A stretch of DNA of 64,000 nucleotides from Chiloscyllium plagiosum. Its lineage: Eukaryota. The notes under the pieces are model-generated. The model saw only the letters and a program-made list of their open reading frames with translations, searched no databases and was not told where the DNA came from. The position numbers and the translations under genes are program-made. Numbering within the stretch: the stretch's first letter is position 1; each line of letters starts with the position of its first letter. This document shows, one piece after another, positions 25,250 to 39,199 of this stretch. The stretch lies in contig NC_057718.1 in NCBI RefSeq assembly GCF_004010195.1, positions 62,954,225 through 63,018,224 of the forward strand. The letters are read 5' to 3'.

Positions 25250-26160
25250 TCGATGTGAGCATAGGGGGTATAGTTAGTAAGTTTGCAGGTGACACCAAAA
25301 CTGGAAGTGTAGTGGGCAGCGAAGAAGGCTACCTCAGACTGAAATGGGATCTTGATCAGATAGGCCAATGGGATGAGAAGTGGCAGATGGAGTTTAATTT
25401 AGATAAAATGTGAGGTGCTGCATTTTGGGAAAGCAAATCATAGCAAGACTTATACACTTTATGGTAAGGTCCTGGGGAATGCTGCTGAACAAAGAGACCT
25501 TGGAGTGCAGGTTTATAGTTCCTTGAAAGTAGAGTCACAAGTAGATAGGATAGTGAAGAGCATTCAATACAGAGTTGGGAGGTCATGTTGCAGCTGTACA
25601 GGACATTGGTTCGGCTACTTTTGGAATATTGTGTGCAATTCTGGTCTCCTTTCTATCAGAAGGATGTTGTGAAACTTGAAAGGGTTCAGAAAAGATTTAC
25701 AAGGATGTTGCCAGGGTTGGAGAATTTGAGCTAGAGAGAGAGGCTGTACAGGCTGGGGCTGTTTTCTCTGGAACATCGAAGGCTGAGGGGCGACCTTTTA
25801 AGATTTATAAAATCATGAGAGGCATGGATAGGATTAATAGTCAAGGTCTTTTCCCTGGGATGGGAAAGTCCAGAACTAAAGGGCATAGGTTTAGGGTGAG
25901 AGGGGCAAGATATAAAAGGGACCTAAGGGGCAACAATTTCACACAGAGGATGGTGTGTGTATGGAATGAGCTACCAGAGGAAGTGGTGGAAGCTGGTACA
26001 ATGGCAGCATTTAAAAGGCATCTGGATGAGTATATGAACAGGAGCGTTTAGAGGTATATGGGCCAAGTACTGGCAAATGGGACTAGATTAATTTAGGATA
26101 GCTGGTCAGCATGAATGAGTTGGACCAAAGGGTCTGTTTTTGTGCTGGACATCTGATTCT
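25250..26160 (+). mobile_element. 5'-truncated CR1 (HER1-like) LINE
   Basis: VSKFAGDTK, LHFGKAN...EQRDLGVQV and RTKGHRFRVRGARYKRDLRGNNFTQR, followed by the conserved 3' tail. Closely related to 61675-62580. Confidence 0.9.
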
Positions 26161-28179
26161 ATCCCTACCACTGCATCTCTGTTGATGCAGCCTTTAGCCT
26201 TCTTAACCAATTTAGCTTTAGCTAGCACTGCTTCCAAGCAGTCATTATTGTTCTTAGTTAAATTAAAAGGAAGTAGTACTCTCTCTCTCTCAAACGGAAT
26301 ATAAAATGAAATGATATAGTTGCTGCTGTCTTGGGGTGCCTTCACAGAGATCAATAATTAATCCTATTTCTTTGTATAATATCTGATTAGTATAACATGT
26401 TTCTCTGGTTGGCTCAAGGTCACCTTTTTTTCTGAGAAATAATTCCAAAACCATTCTTTAGCTCCTCACCTTGCCTACCTTTGCCTTTCTGACTTCTCCA
26501 GTCCACATATTCTTTAAAATCCAGCACCCCACCAACCAGATCATCACTTTGTCTTTCTGACAAGTTCACAGTATTTCTTCCTTTATGTTCCAACCTACAA
26601 TAGAGAGTTACTCTTACAGGGCCTGTGTACCACTCCCATAAGCAATGTCTTGACTTTGTAATGTCTCATCTCTACTTAAACAGTTTCCACATTCTGGATT
26701 CCTAAATTTAGGTCAGCCTTCTCATTTGCACTAATACCATCATTAACTAACATAGCCATCTTCCCACCTTTTCCTAGCTTCCTATCCTTCCTAAATGCCC
26801 TATTCCGTTCAATATTCAGTACCAGTCTATGTCATCCTTCAGCCACATCTGTAGAACTACCAGTTCATACCTATTTGAACTGTTACTCTACCTGTTTTAT
26901 TTTAAATACTATGTGCATGCAGATAATCTTTGGTTATATTGTTTTTGCAACTTCTAACCTTATCGATCAATTTACTTTGACAGTTTCAACAGTACAAATC
27001 GGACTTTCGCAAGTATTAGGGAGATTCCCCCACAAACCAGAACCCACTTCTCCCACACCATTAATCTGGCAAATTTGATTTACCATATGCCAATCTGCAC
27101 ATTGCTAGTGCAATAACTCAAATATTATGAGCTTTAAGATTCTGCTTAAGTTGGTGTCAAGATAATTTTACTCACAATCCAGAACTTCCTTTCCTCGCCT
27201 TGGCTGTTTCATTCATAATTGCACATAGCACGATAATTGGATTATCTTCTCACAAAATTGTCTCCAGTCCTGAGCAGATATACTGAACCCAGGTACAGGG
27301 CAAGCAACACAGCAGTCTAGACTCATGCTCTTTGTTGTACTGAATAGTATCAATTCCTCTGGTTACCACAGCACTTCTATTTATTCTCCGAATTTGAATG
27401 GCTTCCAGTGCCACGATCCTGTAGCTCTTCCAACATGCAACCTTCACTCTCTTCCAAATAAACTGAAAGAACCTCAAACCCATTGGACAATTGCAAGGCC
27501 ATGGCTCCCGCTTTCTGGGTCTCTTTACCAGTCTCACTTGCTGTCATACTCTCTGCCTTGAACACCGACTTAAATCAGAAGATGCCAATCAAGATGTATG
27601 AAGGCTTCATGAAAGAAAGAATCCAATAACTCCACCCTCCGTCATGGTAACTGTAGTTGAGACTCCTGTTCAAACTGAATCAAAGCTCCTCATCAAACTT
27701 GTAGTCCAGGTGTGTTTATTCTCAATTAAACATGCTGCAACTGTGATACTTTCCCCTTCTCCTCTGTTCCGCTAAATTAGGTTGCTGTATAAGTTTCAAC
27801 ATAAAGCTTATCTGATCCAGTTATTGAGGAACCATTTTCAAACCGCTTTTGCAGCTAAGTAAGCCCAACTGTTCCACCAGTGGAAACCTTGTTAAAACCT
27901 GGATTAAGACTGAGAACTTTAGAAATTTAAACTGCAGGTTTCAGTTAAATGCTAATTAACACTAACAAACAAAATTAGACTTTACAAAAAAAATTAAAAT
28001 TATCTTACCACCAAATGCTAGAATGAAGAAAGGGTTGGGTTTTGTTATTAGAAGTGGGGGGGTGGGGTGACTGCATTTGCTGATCTCGAAGAAATTAGCA
28101 CAAACAAATCTCATGATGCAGAATTCCCCTTTCACAGCGGCAGTTCCACTTTAACACTAAGTAAAGGATATCTCCATTG

Positions 28180-29530
28180 AAGTCAGGACACAATACACCC
28201 GGAGATAGTGAGGGAATATTAAAAAAAGCCCATTAATCATGAGTGACTTTAATCTTCATGTAGATTGGGAAAATCAAATTGGCACAGGCAGCCATAAGGA
28301 AGAATTCAAAGAGTACAAGTGGGACAGTTTTCTAAAATATATATTGTAGATATAAGCAATGATCAGGCTATTTTGTATTTACTAATATGTAATGAGTCTG
28401 GTTTAATAAATGATCTCAGAAGATCACTCAGAGATCAGTTTCTATTCTATGATAGAATTTAGCATTCAATTCGAGAGCGATAAACTCGGATCAGAAACAA
28501 GTACATTTAACTTAAATAAAGGTAATTACATTGGAATGAGGGCAAAGTTGTCTGGAGTGGACTGGGAAAAAAAGAGTTTAGCAGAAAAGACAGTTGAGGA
28601 ACAGTGGCATAAGAAAACAGATTATGACACACAGCAAAGATACATACCAGTGTGGGAAAAGAATTCTAAGAAGCAGTTAAACCAAATATGTTAACCAAGG
28701 AAATTATGGACATTTTTAAAATTGTTTCTTTCAATTTGATACAAAGTGACAAAGGTTAGTGGTAAGCCAAACAGAGTATAAAAGATAGGTAAGTATTGCT
28801 AAAACTATACAGGCATTAGCCAAAATAGAGTCAGTTTTGGGCTCCTTATCTAAAGGAAGATACACTGGAATTGGAGGTAGTCCAGAGAAGGGTCACTAGA
28901 TTGTTTCTGGGTAAAGAGGGATTTTCTTATTTTGAGAGATTAAGTAGGTTAGGCTTGTACTCATTGTAGTTTAGAAGAATGAGAGGCAACCTCATTGAAA
29001 AAAAGGATTCTTTGAGCACTTAACAGGGTAGAGACAGAGAAGTTGTTTTACCTAATAGGAGTTACTAGGACAAGAGGGAATAAATGTCATACTAAGAGAT
29101 CACCCATTTAAGACAAAGATTAGGAGAAATTTCTTCTCTCAGAGGATAGAGAATAGTGGATTTCTGTACTGCTGACAGCTGTTGAGGCTGGGTCATTAAG
29201 CATATTCAAGGCTAAGATAGACAAGTATTCAATCAAAAAGGGTTATGAGGATAAGGTTAAAAAAACTGGCATTGAGGATCATCAAAAATATGGCTGATGT
29301 TGAACGATGGAGCAGACTCGATGGGCCAAATGGCCTACTTGTGTCCTACGTAGTTTGATCACAAGGAAGTATTTTCATAGACTTTTAATTAGTAAGGGGT
29401 TGAAGAATAATGGAGAATGGACAGGAAAGTGGAGTTGAGACTGAGATGAGATCAGCCATGATTGTATTGAATGACAGAGCAAATTTGAGGGGCTGATTAG
29501 TCTATTCCTGCTCTTAGTTCTTATGTTCAT
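28180..29530 (+). mobile_element. Decayed CR1 LINE fragments
   Basis: SMIEFSIQFESDKLGSETSTFNLNKGNYIGMRAKLSGVDW, plus two CR1-type 3' tails ending at ~29350 and ~29530. Confidence 0.65.
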
Positions 29531-29578
29531 GTTTCTTCAAAACCCATAACCTCCACCATCTCAAAAGGACATGGGAGC

Positions 29579-29672
29579 ATTCCTGATGAAGGGCTTATGC
29601 CCAAAACATCAACTCTGCTGCTCCTCAATGCTGCCCGACCTGCTGTGCTTATCCAGCACCACACTTCTCGAT
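29579..29672 (+). mobile_element. PLE family A terminal fragment; HHR with GAAA mutated to AAAA
   Basis: attc-CTGATGA-A-GGGC(TTAT)GCCC-AAAA-CATC followed by ATGCTGCCCGACCTGCTGTGC..TCCAGCA. Confidence 0.75.
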
Positions 29673-30089
29673 ACTATTCTCATAAACAGCAAACCAGAGG
29701 TTTAAAGTATTGAATCCCAATTTAAGAGTGAAATCAATTATTCGGTTTACAATATTTTGGATTCTATCCAATGCAAAGTTTTTAAAAACCTGGACTTTTT
29801 TTTGATGTGATCTCTTGCCTGGGCTTGCACTTCTGCAAATGTTTACTTCAGATTTCCCTTTAGAAGATGCTGTAGACTGGATTTCTTTCTCAGCCTCCAC
29901 ATCCTTGCTGGTTTCAACTCCATCTCATTATGTACTTTTCCCTGACATTCCATTCTCCTATCCTCATTTAATCTTTCCTTCCATAAATCTAACAATCCAA
30001 TCCCTAAACACTTGCTGTTCCCATTAAATCATAGTTAAGACTTTCTCTGATCACTTGCTTAGATCATTCACCATGCTTATCTTGGGAAT

Positions 30090-30315
30090 TAGTTTTGCTC
30101 AATCTGCTGGATTGTTGGTTTGCAGAGCAGTATGATGCCAACAGCATGGATTCAATTCCCACCACAGGTTTGAGGTTACCATGAAGGACTCTCCTTCTCA
30201 AACACTTCCCTTGCCTGAAGTCTGGTGGCCCTCAGGTTAATTCACCACCAGTCACTTCTCTCTCTCTCTCACATGAGAGAGCAGCCCCATGGTCTGGTAA
30301 GACTATGGTGACACA
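30090..30315 (+). mobile_element. Probable tRNA-derived SINE, second family
   Basis: B-box-like GGATTCAATTCCC at ~30148-30160 followed by a distinct body lacking the V-domain. Family not identified. Confidence 0.45.
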
Positions 30316-30450
30316 ATACCACAATGTTTATCTCACTTCAAACTCCAATTCTACTACTTTCAGCATCTGCATCAAGGACAACCCTCCCAATTCATTCACA
30401 ATTAGAGCTTCAAAATCTCAACTGGTTAGCCTTTAAATCTCCATTCACAA

Positions 30451-30517
30451 AGACACTTCTGCAACTACAGAGACACTTCTGCAACTACAGAGACACTTCT
30501 GCAACTACAGAGACACT
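30451..30517 (+). repeat. Perfect 20-bp tandem repeat AGACACTTCTGCAACTACAG, about 3.3 copies
   Basis: Read directly from the sequence. Confidence 0.95.
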
Positions 30518-32715
30518 CAACCGTATCCTTGACCCCATCTTTAACAAAGATTGTTTAACAAAACCATTATTTTCTCTCTTCCTGGCTGTTACCTCGTACT
30601 GCCTTATCACTGCTCTCTTAAATCTAAGGAATGCAAACTTGCACAAGTATTACAGACAACGAGCTTAGTCATTCAACATCAGATCTGAATGAAGCAAAGT
30701 AAGAACCATTGAGCTCAATGGTCATCTGCTAAAACTATTTCAATATCAACCTAGAACCTCTTTATCACAACTGCAAATCACTCTTAAACCCCTTTTCCTT
30801 ATTCCTCAAATGCAAAAAAACTCATGTTCTGCTCTGTAACCAGGATTATGACAGCTTATCACCTGTTCTGTGGTGTTCCTTTCCCTAACTCATCAAGACA
30901 AACCTCTTGTAAGGTTCTTTCATTCCCCAGCACTAAACTTGCATGATTCTCACGTTTCTGTTCCAGGTCCCCCTCATTCTGTCTAGTAATTTCATTTCAA
31001 CCAAACTAACCACCCAACTTTCCTTTCTTGCTTCAGTTTTTGCTGGCACAATTAAAGACTCTCTCCTTTCAGGTACTGTGGTCCTCTCTATCAAAACTGC
31101 AGTCCTCACCTCTTGCCTTAAAAAAACTTTAATCCTGTTACACTCACATTTAGGGATCAGTAAATTTTTGTTTAAAAGTTAATGAATTCTAGAAATCCTA
31201 AATGCTTGTTTACAAAACAAAACCACCAGATTACACAGATTTAAATAAAATAAACATTTCTGTTAACAAGGTAATACAATCTACATTATACACACACAAC
31301 GTAACAGTTATGAGTTAAATATAAAAAGTAAACAAATTCTGGTCAAATACCCCATACACGGCACTTTAAAGTTTCAGAAAAGACCAAGACAAATTCCATG
31401 GATTTGATAACAACCCACCCAAATATCCAAGTGCTGACAGTCACAAAACTCATTTTACATTTGGGCCTTCCTCCAGAGGGATTTCACTCTTCACTCCTGA
31501 AGACTCCAGTTCTTACTTCCCTCCAATGTCACTCTAACTTGGAATGCCTGAATACCTGCCTAGATGATGTGGGTTCAACCTAGTCTTGTAGATGGCTTTC
31601 TGAGAGACACTCCCTGGCTAACCTCTGGCTGCATCTCAACTCTCCTCAGGCTCTTACAGCTCTACTTAAACATTCAGTCTGCAAGCAGTAACGATTGGAG
31701 ATTCCTTCTCAGTACTCCACCAATGGTCAATTCACTGTAGTTTTTGTCCAGCCTTTCCAATTACCCTTGTCCTAGTTCCTGTTTCTTTTTAAGTTTTAGT
31801 TTCTTCTAATATCTTGACTGCTTTTGTCAGAAGTCCTGGATCCTTATCATCTTCCTCTCTCGAACTACTAGATAATGTTGCCAGTTGTTTTCTTTACCTA
31901 ATTACCATTTCAGACCTATTCAACTGCCTTCCGCTACGTTTGGAAGCATCTTTTCACTACACTGAAATACACCCAAGTCCTGTGGGCTCCCCTTTTCTTG
32001 GGGACTTCATACACTCAGATTATTGCATTCTCTATAACTCTGATGGCTAAGCCCTTGGAATACTTAAAGGAATACAAACGGCCCAGAACAAAAGATGTAT
32101 AGCTGGAAACGCTGCCATGGACTGCGCATGCACCAAGACTTGAGGGCTAGCCAGGAACTCGTAGTCTTGGCCTTTACCCAAAGCCCCTGCAGACATGTTT
32201 CATAGCAATCTTTACATTCTTAATAACTACCAGCTCATTTCTACCTTCTTCCTCTTCAAAACCCTTGAACAGGTTGTCATCTTTTGAACTCGTACTCATT
32301 TTATCTGTGCCCTATATGTTAGTGCCTTCAACAATTTCTACTCATGCCACAATTATCACTGGGTCACTGGATATTATCAAGACCAAATTAGGCAGATCCT
32401 TGATCTGTAGGGTAGTCAAAGGTTTTGGAAAGTAGACAGGAAATTGGGTTAAGACCACAAAATAGATCAGCTATGCTGAATGACACAGTAGGCACAAGGG
32501 ACCAAATTGAACAATTCCTGCTTCTATTTATTATGTTCTTATGTACACAATGGCTCTTGAGGTCACAAATGCAAGCCCCTCCCAAAATGCCACTGTCCTT
32601 TCACATGACCAATCTACTTACTTCTAGATCTGCAGGGAAGAGTGACATTTTGATAGATTAGTCAGCCAGCTAGATGGGTACTTAATAGAATTTGTTTTTA
32701 AAAATCACTACTTAC

Positions 32716-32865
32716 ATTGGATACTATTGTAATAAAAGCATGTGCTATTGGAAACGGAAGAGTTTCAGGCATTCCATATTCAAAACAATCTTTCATAAGT
32801 GATAGCCCATTTTTCCCACAAAAGAGGCAGACATAACGAAGCAAGTGCAAAGGTACTTCCACATC
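32716..32865 (-). CDS. USP34: USP34 coding exon (exon 5 ortholog), 150 nt: DVEVPLHLLRYVCLFCGKNGLSLMKDCFEYGMPETLPFPIAHAFITIVSN
   Basis: Manual translation nearly identical to recalled human USP34. Acceptor tctatttag, donor gtaagt. Confidence 0.96.
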
Positions 32866-34407
32866 CTAAATAGATGACAAAAGAAAATATAAATAGTTAT
32901 GGCTGTGGTAACTACAAATAAATCATAAAAACAAAATAATTTACATAAGATATTCAAAATGAAATTGAATATTTAACCTTTCCCTGCCCACCTTTCCCAC
33001 TGAATATTTTATATTGTTTTAATAAAAGTTTGGCTGGCATTACGATCAAAAAATAGAAATGTTATAAAAGGGTGCCAGAACTATTTCTTAACACCTTTAC
33101 AATGATTAAAATTTTCCACTTAGCTTCTCTCTGGTTTTGTAGAAAGCTAAAATTAATACATATATTCTATTGGTATTCACAGTAAGACTATACTTATCAA
33201 GAGTTTGAATCATACAATAATTTTCCCTGGAATTTCAGGAGAGGTACAAACATTACAATTGAATCCTAATTAATGCACTATTAGCTGATTTTGCTTTCAC
33301 AATGATCAAATTAAAACGGAGGTTCAGATCTGACAAAATATCTATTTGAAAATATCAACTTCTTTATTTTTTTCCCCCACAGGTGGTGTTGCCTGTTTTC
33401 AGTTTGTACTTCAGATTTCCAGCAGTTGCAAATCTAATGAGATGTTACATTTACCATAAGAAAATACAAAAGCAAACAACAGATATTAGACAATGCATTT
33501 ACCTGACCTCACTGTGGACTACATTATTTGAATGTCCATTTTAAACATTATTAGCTGGTCCAGTGAGAAATACTTTACCATATTATGTATAAAATATAGG
33601 AATTTGAGGAGGCACTGGGATATATCTGGATTACATACCAGAGGGATCAGAAGATAAATGGGGTAATTTGATTGATGGGTTCAGAATAAAGAAAACTGAC
33701 AGAATATATAATTCTTCCACAGAAATGTGTGTTTGCAGAAGGACTTGAAAGAATGTGAATGGAGTGTCATAAAAGGCCCCAAATCAATTAAGTAAACGCG
33801 ATAGCATCGGCATCCAAATGGTTAAAAAAAATGGCAGGAACATTGAACTAACAAATTAATTTTTGTTCCTGTAAATAATTACTACTTCTAAATTTAATTT
33901 AGAAGAGAGAACTTTACAATCTATGTTTAGACATTACAGCCGACTGCAAATTGCAGTTTCACAGACAATCTGTGTTTTCTTTATAAAACTTCCGAAGATG
34001 CAGCATTAGTTCCATTCTAAACATAATAATCACTTAAAATCAACCAACTCAGCCCCTTATACAGCTAGGAAATCCCTTTAAGAGTTATACTGGATTTGAT
34101 GATTCCTAATATTATGTTTTTCCTGAAAAACATACTTAACTGTATCTCATCTTTACTTCTGGTAAACTAATTTCTCAACATGCTTTCCTTTCTGTCCGTT
34201 AAACAAAAGTTTAGTCACGGTAGTTTGTGGACACAAAAAGCTGAAATTTTAATCATGTCTACACAGCTTTTATATTTGGGTTGATGTCAAAGTATAAGAA
34301 TTTCATTCTGAAACATATTCTTATTTCCCAAAATGACTATTTATTCATCCTGTTCTAAAGTTTAATAAAACAAAATCATGTAAAGTTTTTTTTAAAATGT
34401 TACTTAC

Positions 34408-34458
34408 ATTCATATCACAAAACGCCCCTAATAAGTTGCTTTCATGAGCTGAAATGTC
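34408..34458 (-). CDS. USP34: USP34 coding exon (exon 4 ortholog), 51 nt: DISAHESNLLGAFCDMN
   Basis: Manual translation resembles human DISTQESNILGAFCDMN. Acceptor caaattag, donor gtaagt. Confidence 0.94.
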
Positions 34459-34809
34459 CTAATTTGAAGAAAAGTTAGCACAATTTAAAGAAAAACAATT
34501 CTTCAAAGTGAAGAAAGCACAATACATTCCATTGTCGAGACAAACTACATTACTGACTCAATCTATAGTAGAGGATTTAAAAACTGCATTGATAAATAAA
34601 TAAAATTCTACAGTGTCAGCATTTCTTCAATGATAGCAATTTTATCTAAGTCAGGTGGCAATAGGTGAAAGTTAACAGTGACATTTGAGCACTTAAGTCC
34701 AACTTATCCAAGTTAAATCAGTGTCTTGTTTGCCTGCTCAGGTCCAACTGCATTATTGAAAAAGGAGAAAAAAGTTCTTCCTGAATTGTTGGCAATATTT
34801 ATTACTAAT

Positions 34810-35280
34810 CAACTGCATTTATACAGTGACTTTAACATAACAAAAACATCCCAAGGTTCCACAAATGAGTGTTAACAAACAATATTTGACAGAGCCACAG
34901 AAGGGGTTATTAGGACCAATTATAAACAATTTGTAAAAATTAGGTAGGTTTTAATGGAGAAACGGTTTAAGGAGTGAATTCCAGAGTTCAGCAGGGAATG
35001 AAAGTCGAGGAGGCACAAGAAGCAGAATTGGTGGAGCACAGTTCTCAGGTGGTTGGATGGCTGGAGAAGTTTACAGAAATTAGGGGGTGAGGCCATGACG
35101 GAAAAGGGGACAGAGGATTTGAAAGCAAATATGAGATTCTTAAAAGAGACAGGTGTTGCCAAAGGGAAGAGAGCCAATGATGGTCAAGAAGCACATAGAT
35201 AATAGGTGAACACAAGTGAGCATATAGACAGAGTTCTGGATGAAATAAAGTGTGTTGGGTGTGTACAAAATGGGATGCTA
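34810..35280 (-). mobile_element. L2-type LINE 3' fragment
   Basis: Minus strand ends ...ccttgggatgtttttgttatgttaaagtcactgtataaatgcag, an L2-like tail. Confidence 0.55.
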
Positions 35281-35285
35281 GCAAA

Positions 35286-35429
35286 CAAAGTTCCCTCTAC
35301 TGTGTGCACAGCCATCTGCTCTGACATTCTGCACATGGCAATCAGCAGGGACGGACTTCCACCTCTGGAAGTCTCTGCACAGACCTTGTAGACCCCTGCA
35401 AATCAGAAGGAAAATTAGAGGGAACGCTG
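35286..35429. mobile_element. Small hAT-like MITE
   Basis: TIRs CAAAGTTCCCTCTA and TAGAGGGAACGCTG. Degenerate 8-bp flanks ctagcaaa / ctggcagc. Confidence 0.5.
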
Positions 35430-36812
35430 CTGGCAGCAACTAGAGCACTGGAATGATGAATTAAATAACAGTAGTTACAATCAATTAATTACTTTTATAT
35501 TGTAAAGTGCTTAGGGATGACTTAGAGTGCTATATAAATATAAGTTTTTTGCTTTCCAGGTTTATTCACTCTATTGTAGCTGGATTTACTTTTAAATTTT
35601 ATTTATATTTTAAGATCCTTAATGAAAACATATTCTTGGAAACCTTAAATACATGCATAATAAATTCCAATCAAAATGTAAATGCAAGAAGGACACATTT
35701 TTCACCCAGAACCATGAAGATGGTAGCGCAAAGTTTCATGTGCCAGGCAAATTTAAGTGGCATTTGCTTTGGTTAATTCACTTGAAGGCTTAAGATTTCC
35801 CTTCAATAGTACAGAGAACACTGGGCTTTAAGGCAGTGACAAATCTATTTCCAAACAATAAATAATATTATCCATAAGCTTACGTGTGACAGCTTCCAAT
35901 TTAGCGAGGTAAGCTACTAACACTTTTGAAGAACTCAGTAATAGCGTGGGTAACTGGATTTTAATATCTTAGTGCTTGTTGAAACAACATGGAGATCGAT
36001 CAAGTCAAATTTTGCTGAGCAACACTGACATACAAGTTAATTCGTGTATTAAATGAAAATTCCTCTAACCGGTACTTTAGCCTACAAGTCTACAATAAAT
36101 TCTGGAGTGATTTTTTTAAAAATTTGAACGCAGGATGACCACAGCACAATGCTCATAATCAAATCATGTTTAAAACAATTATCAAATCGGAATCACCCTC
36201 AACTGTTGGCATTTATAGTTTCCTTATTCATATTAGCTAGTAGTAAGCTGTTACTAAGAAAGAAACAAAAAGTTGATCTCAGAAATATATCCCTACAAAT
36301 TGCTGTGCTGTTCTCTTCCCCACCCAAAAAATTAATTTGGTGTAGAAATGGCAACTTGAAGACAAAACCCCAATATATTAAACACAAGTTTTAGAACAAC
36401 AAAAAGCTTTCAGTTATTGTGAAAACTAATTTCTATTTACCCTAACATTCACATCTATTAGTTAATATCATTATAACTCCTTCAAAAAATTTGAAAAACT
36501 GATAACACTCCAAAGTTAGCGAGGAAACAATAAATTTTATAAACAAAAAATCAAAACCACTTTCTGAATTGCCCAAACAATTTATCAGGCTTTTTTTTCC
36601 CTTACATTGGATATTATATATATAGATAATAATTTAACTACACAATTTTAAATATATGTTTTCTGTTCCTAACCAATCTTGGGTATGTTAAATTACAAAT
36701 GATAAATAATGCATTGTCATTTTCTTTCCTCAAAGCAACAGAAAATGTTCACAATCTAACAATTACTGGGTTACATGTATCAATTGATGCATCAAAAAAA
36801 AACACATTATAC

Positions 36813-37236
36813 CTCTATAGTGGCATGAGTGTTATGCTTGTAGGCAGTATATAAAGGGAACTGAATTTGAAATATCTTTGCCACACATAACAGCAACTTT
36901 TCTTTCTCCTCTGTACTCCATGTGCTAAATGGATCAGTGCTCCGTGCAGAAACCTCCTCAGTTCTCCCACATGTTCTATTATCTGCTTTTTTCTCCACAA
37001 AATCCTTTGATTTCCGACCAATATCTTCTTCATCATTATTACACTCGCCTTCCTGATTAGCCTGTTCATGGATTTTCTGATTCAGATCCTGCCACGATGA
37101 ATCATTACTAGTGCAAATTTTACATAACTGGTCCTGGAGAGTCTGGACTTGGGCAGTCACCATATTGATAAGGGCATAAACCACCTGGTTGAAGATTTCC
37201 AGGTGCTTGTACTCCTTGAAGCAACAAAGACATTGC
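36813..37236 (-). CDS. USP34: USP34 coding exon (exon 3 ortholog), 424 nt: (R)QCLCCFKEYKHLEIFNQVV...KHNTHATIE
   Basis: Inside ORF 36807..37349. RQCLCCFKEYKHLEIFNQVV and EKEKLLLCVAKIFQIQFPLYTAYKHNTH match USP34. Acceptor ttcttatag, donor gtataa. Confidence 0.96.
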
Positions 37237-39199
37237 CTATAAGAAGGAAACATAGTATTAACAGTTTTACAGCAAACATAAAATTGGGCAAAAATATTAG
37301 GGGAATTTACCCAAATGCTGATTTGGTTTACAAATCTGTGTACCTGCATTAGGAAGTAAGGATCGAGAAGATATATCTATCATGGTATAATGAATATAAT
37401 TATGATAGTATTAAAAAGCCAGCTCGCTTTGATCTATAGGAGATATAGGTATATATTTTTGGGAAAAACTTGAACAGCAGTTAATGTTCAGTACAGTGAT
37501 AGCGAGAAAAAGCCAAGAACTGTATCTGAAGTTAGAACATTGCTACATCAGGTGACGAGACCACTTGGTGTAACTCATACATAGACCAGAATGCCAAGAT
37601 GAAATAACAGTGAAAAGAGGTAAGACAATAAATACAATATTATAAGCCAAAAGTTTATTCACAACAGATGCAATCTTATTGCAAAACATGTGACAGAGGA
37701 AATAGCATTCCAAACAATCACACTTCTTACTTAATTTCTTAAGTAACAGAGACTAAAACGAACACTTGCACTAATCAACAATATAGGAATTCAAACATTC
37801 CATATGAAGCAATCCCTGCCATTAGATGTTCAAATCTGCCAGCACAGCAAGTTAAGAGAGTCTGTGACAATTGCTTGGATTTCCTAGTGAGTGTTAGTCA
37901 TATTCTGTTAACAAAATGCAAACACACCAGCATATTCAAGAACAACCCAGCAGAGATTTCTCTAACAGAAAAATTGAACCACTTCTCATGAAGGATCTCA
38001 TATAATTTTTGCTTACACAAGAGTTCAGCATCAAATCAATTGGCACCAAAGTTTTATTAATGCCATAATACCACATTTAAAACAGTTTGGACCCCCATCA
38101 ATAAAAAGTGGTCTCAATAACTTAGCATCAATATGCACTCAGCAACAATAAATTTCTTACCCTTGTTGTATATTCCCATCTCGCTCTAAACAACATTATG
38201 AGATAGCTGTACCAGGTTACAAATATACTGGGCAAATCACAATATTGCATTCAGTTAAAAACATCTTATGCAACAAAAGTGGACTATTGTATCATGCACA
38301 GATTTAGAGGAGGAGTTGACAAACTGCAGCACAGAACTCTTATTTTATTCTGGCGGATGGAATGTATTGCATGAGGCAAAGACAACAAAAAACTACAAAA
38401 TCATAGCCCAGTTGGACACATACACTTTTTTTTTAAAAAAAGTGTTAAAGCGTGAAACAGGGGTATGGTAATCTAACAAGGGGACAAAATTCCCTCAATG
38501 ATTGGAGTTAAAAGGAAAATGATCCTTTCGTTTGGCATGATATAGAGGGAAGTTTCTTTTCTATTTACAAATCTGAATTTGATTCACACGTGAGATTTCC
38601 TTCTTACCTTTACAAACAGGATTGAGACCAGTGGGCAATCAAATACACAGGTTTCCCCATTGTGACACCTTGTGGCTAACCTTGCAACTAAATACAGATT
38701 CTAGGAATAAAATAGCACCAGTTTTTATTAGCTATTTGAAAGACACTACATCAGTAGTTCAAGCTTTAGCTAAAAAGAATGAATAAAATAGTGAGTGAAA
38801 ACTCAAATCACAACACCACATATGGGATTTGTATACATTGCAGGAGAACATAAATGTAAAACTGCCTAAGTGGTCGGCATGGACAGGTTGGACCGAAGGG
38901 TCTGTTTCTATGCTGTACATCTCTATGACTCTAAGTGCAGTAGTCTTAAAGATTTTCAGTATTTTTAAACAGAATACTGCAACACACCAATTTATTTTAA
39001 GATAGAATATCAATAATATGAAAAAGTGTCTATTTTGGATGTTGCAACTGAAATGCAGAAAAACCACTAACATATTTTAAAACATAAACCCAAAACTTAA
39101 GAGGCAAAAGCTAAATACTTTCATCAGACTATCAACACACTCTAGAGACTCCGTTCAAATCCCATCACAGCAAAAGGCGCAATTTCAGGTATTTTCTTT

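Noticed and set aside
30451..30517. Direct repeats as a possible CRISPR-like array
   Set aside because: Contiguous 20-bp units with no spacers, in a eukaryotic intron. Simple tandem duplication.
31150..32200. Possible LTR-like block
   Set aside because: No definable termini, TSD or second copy in the window.
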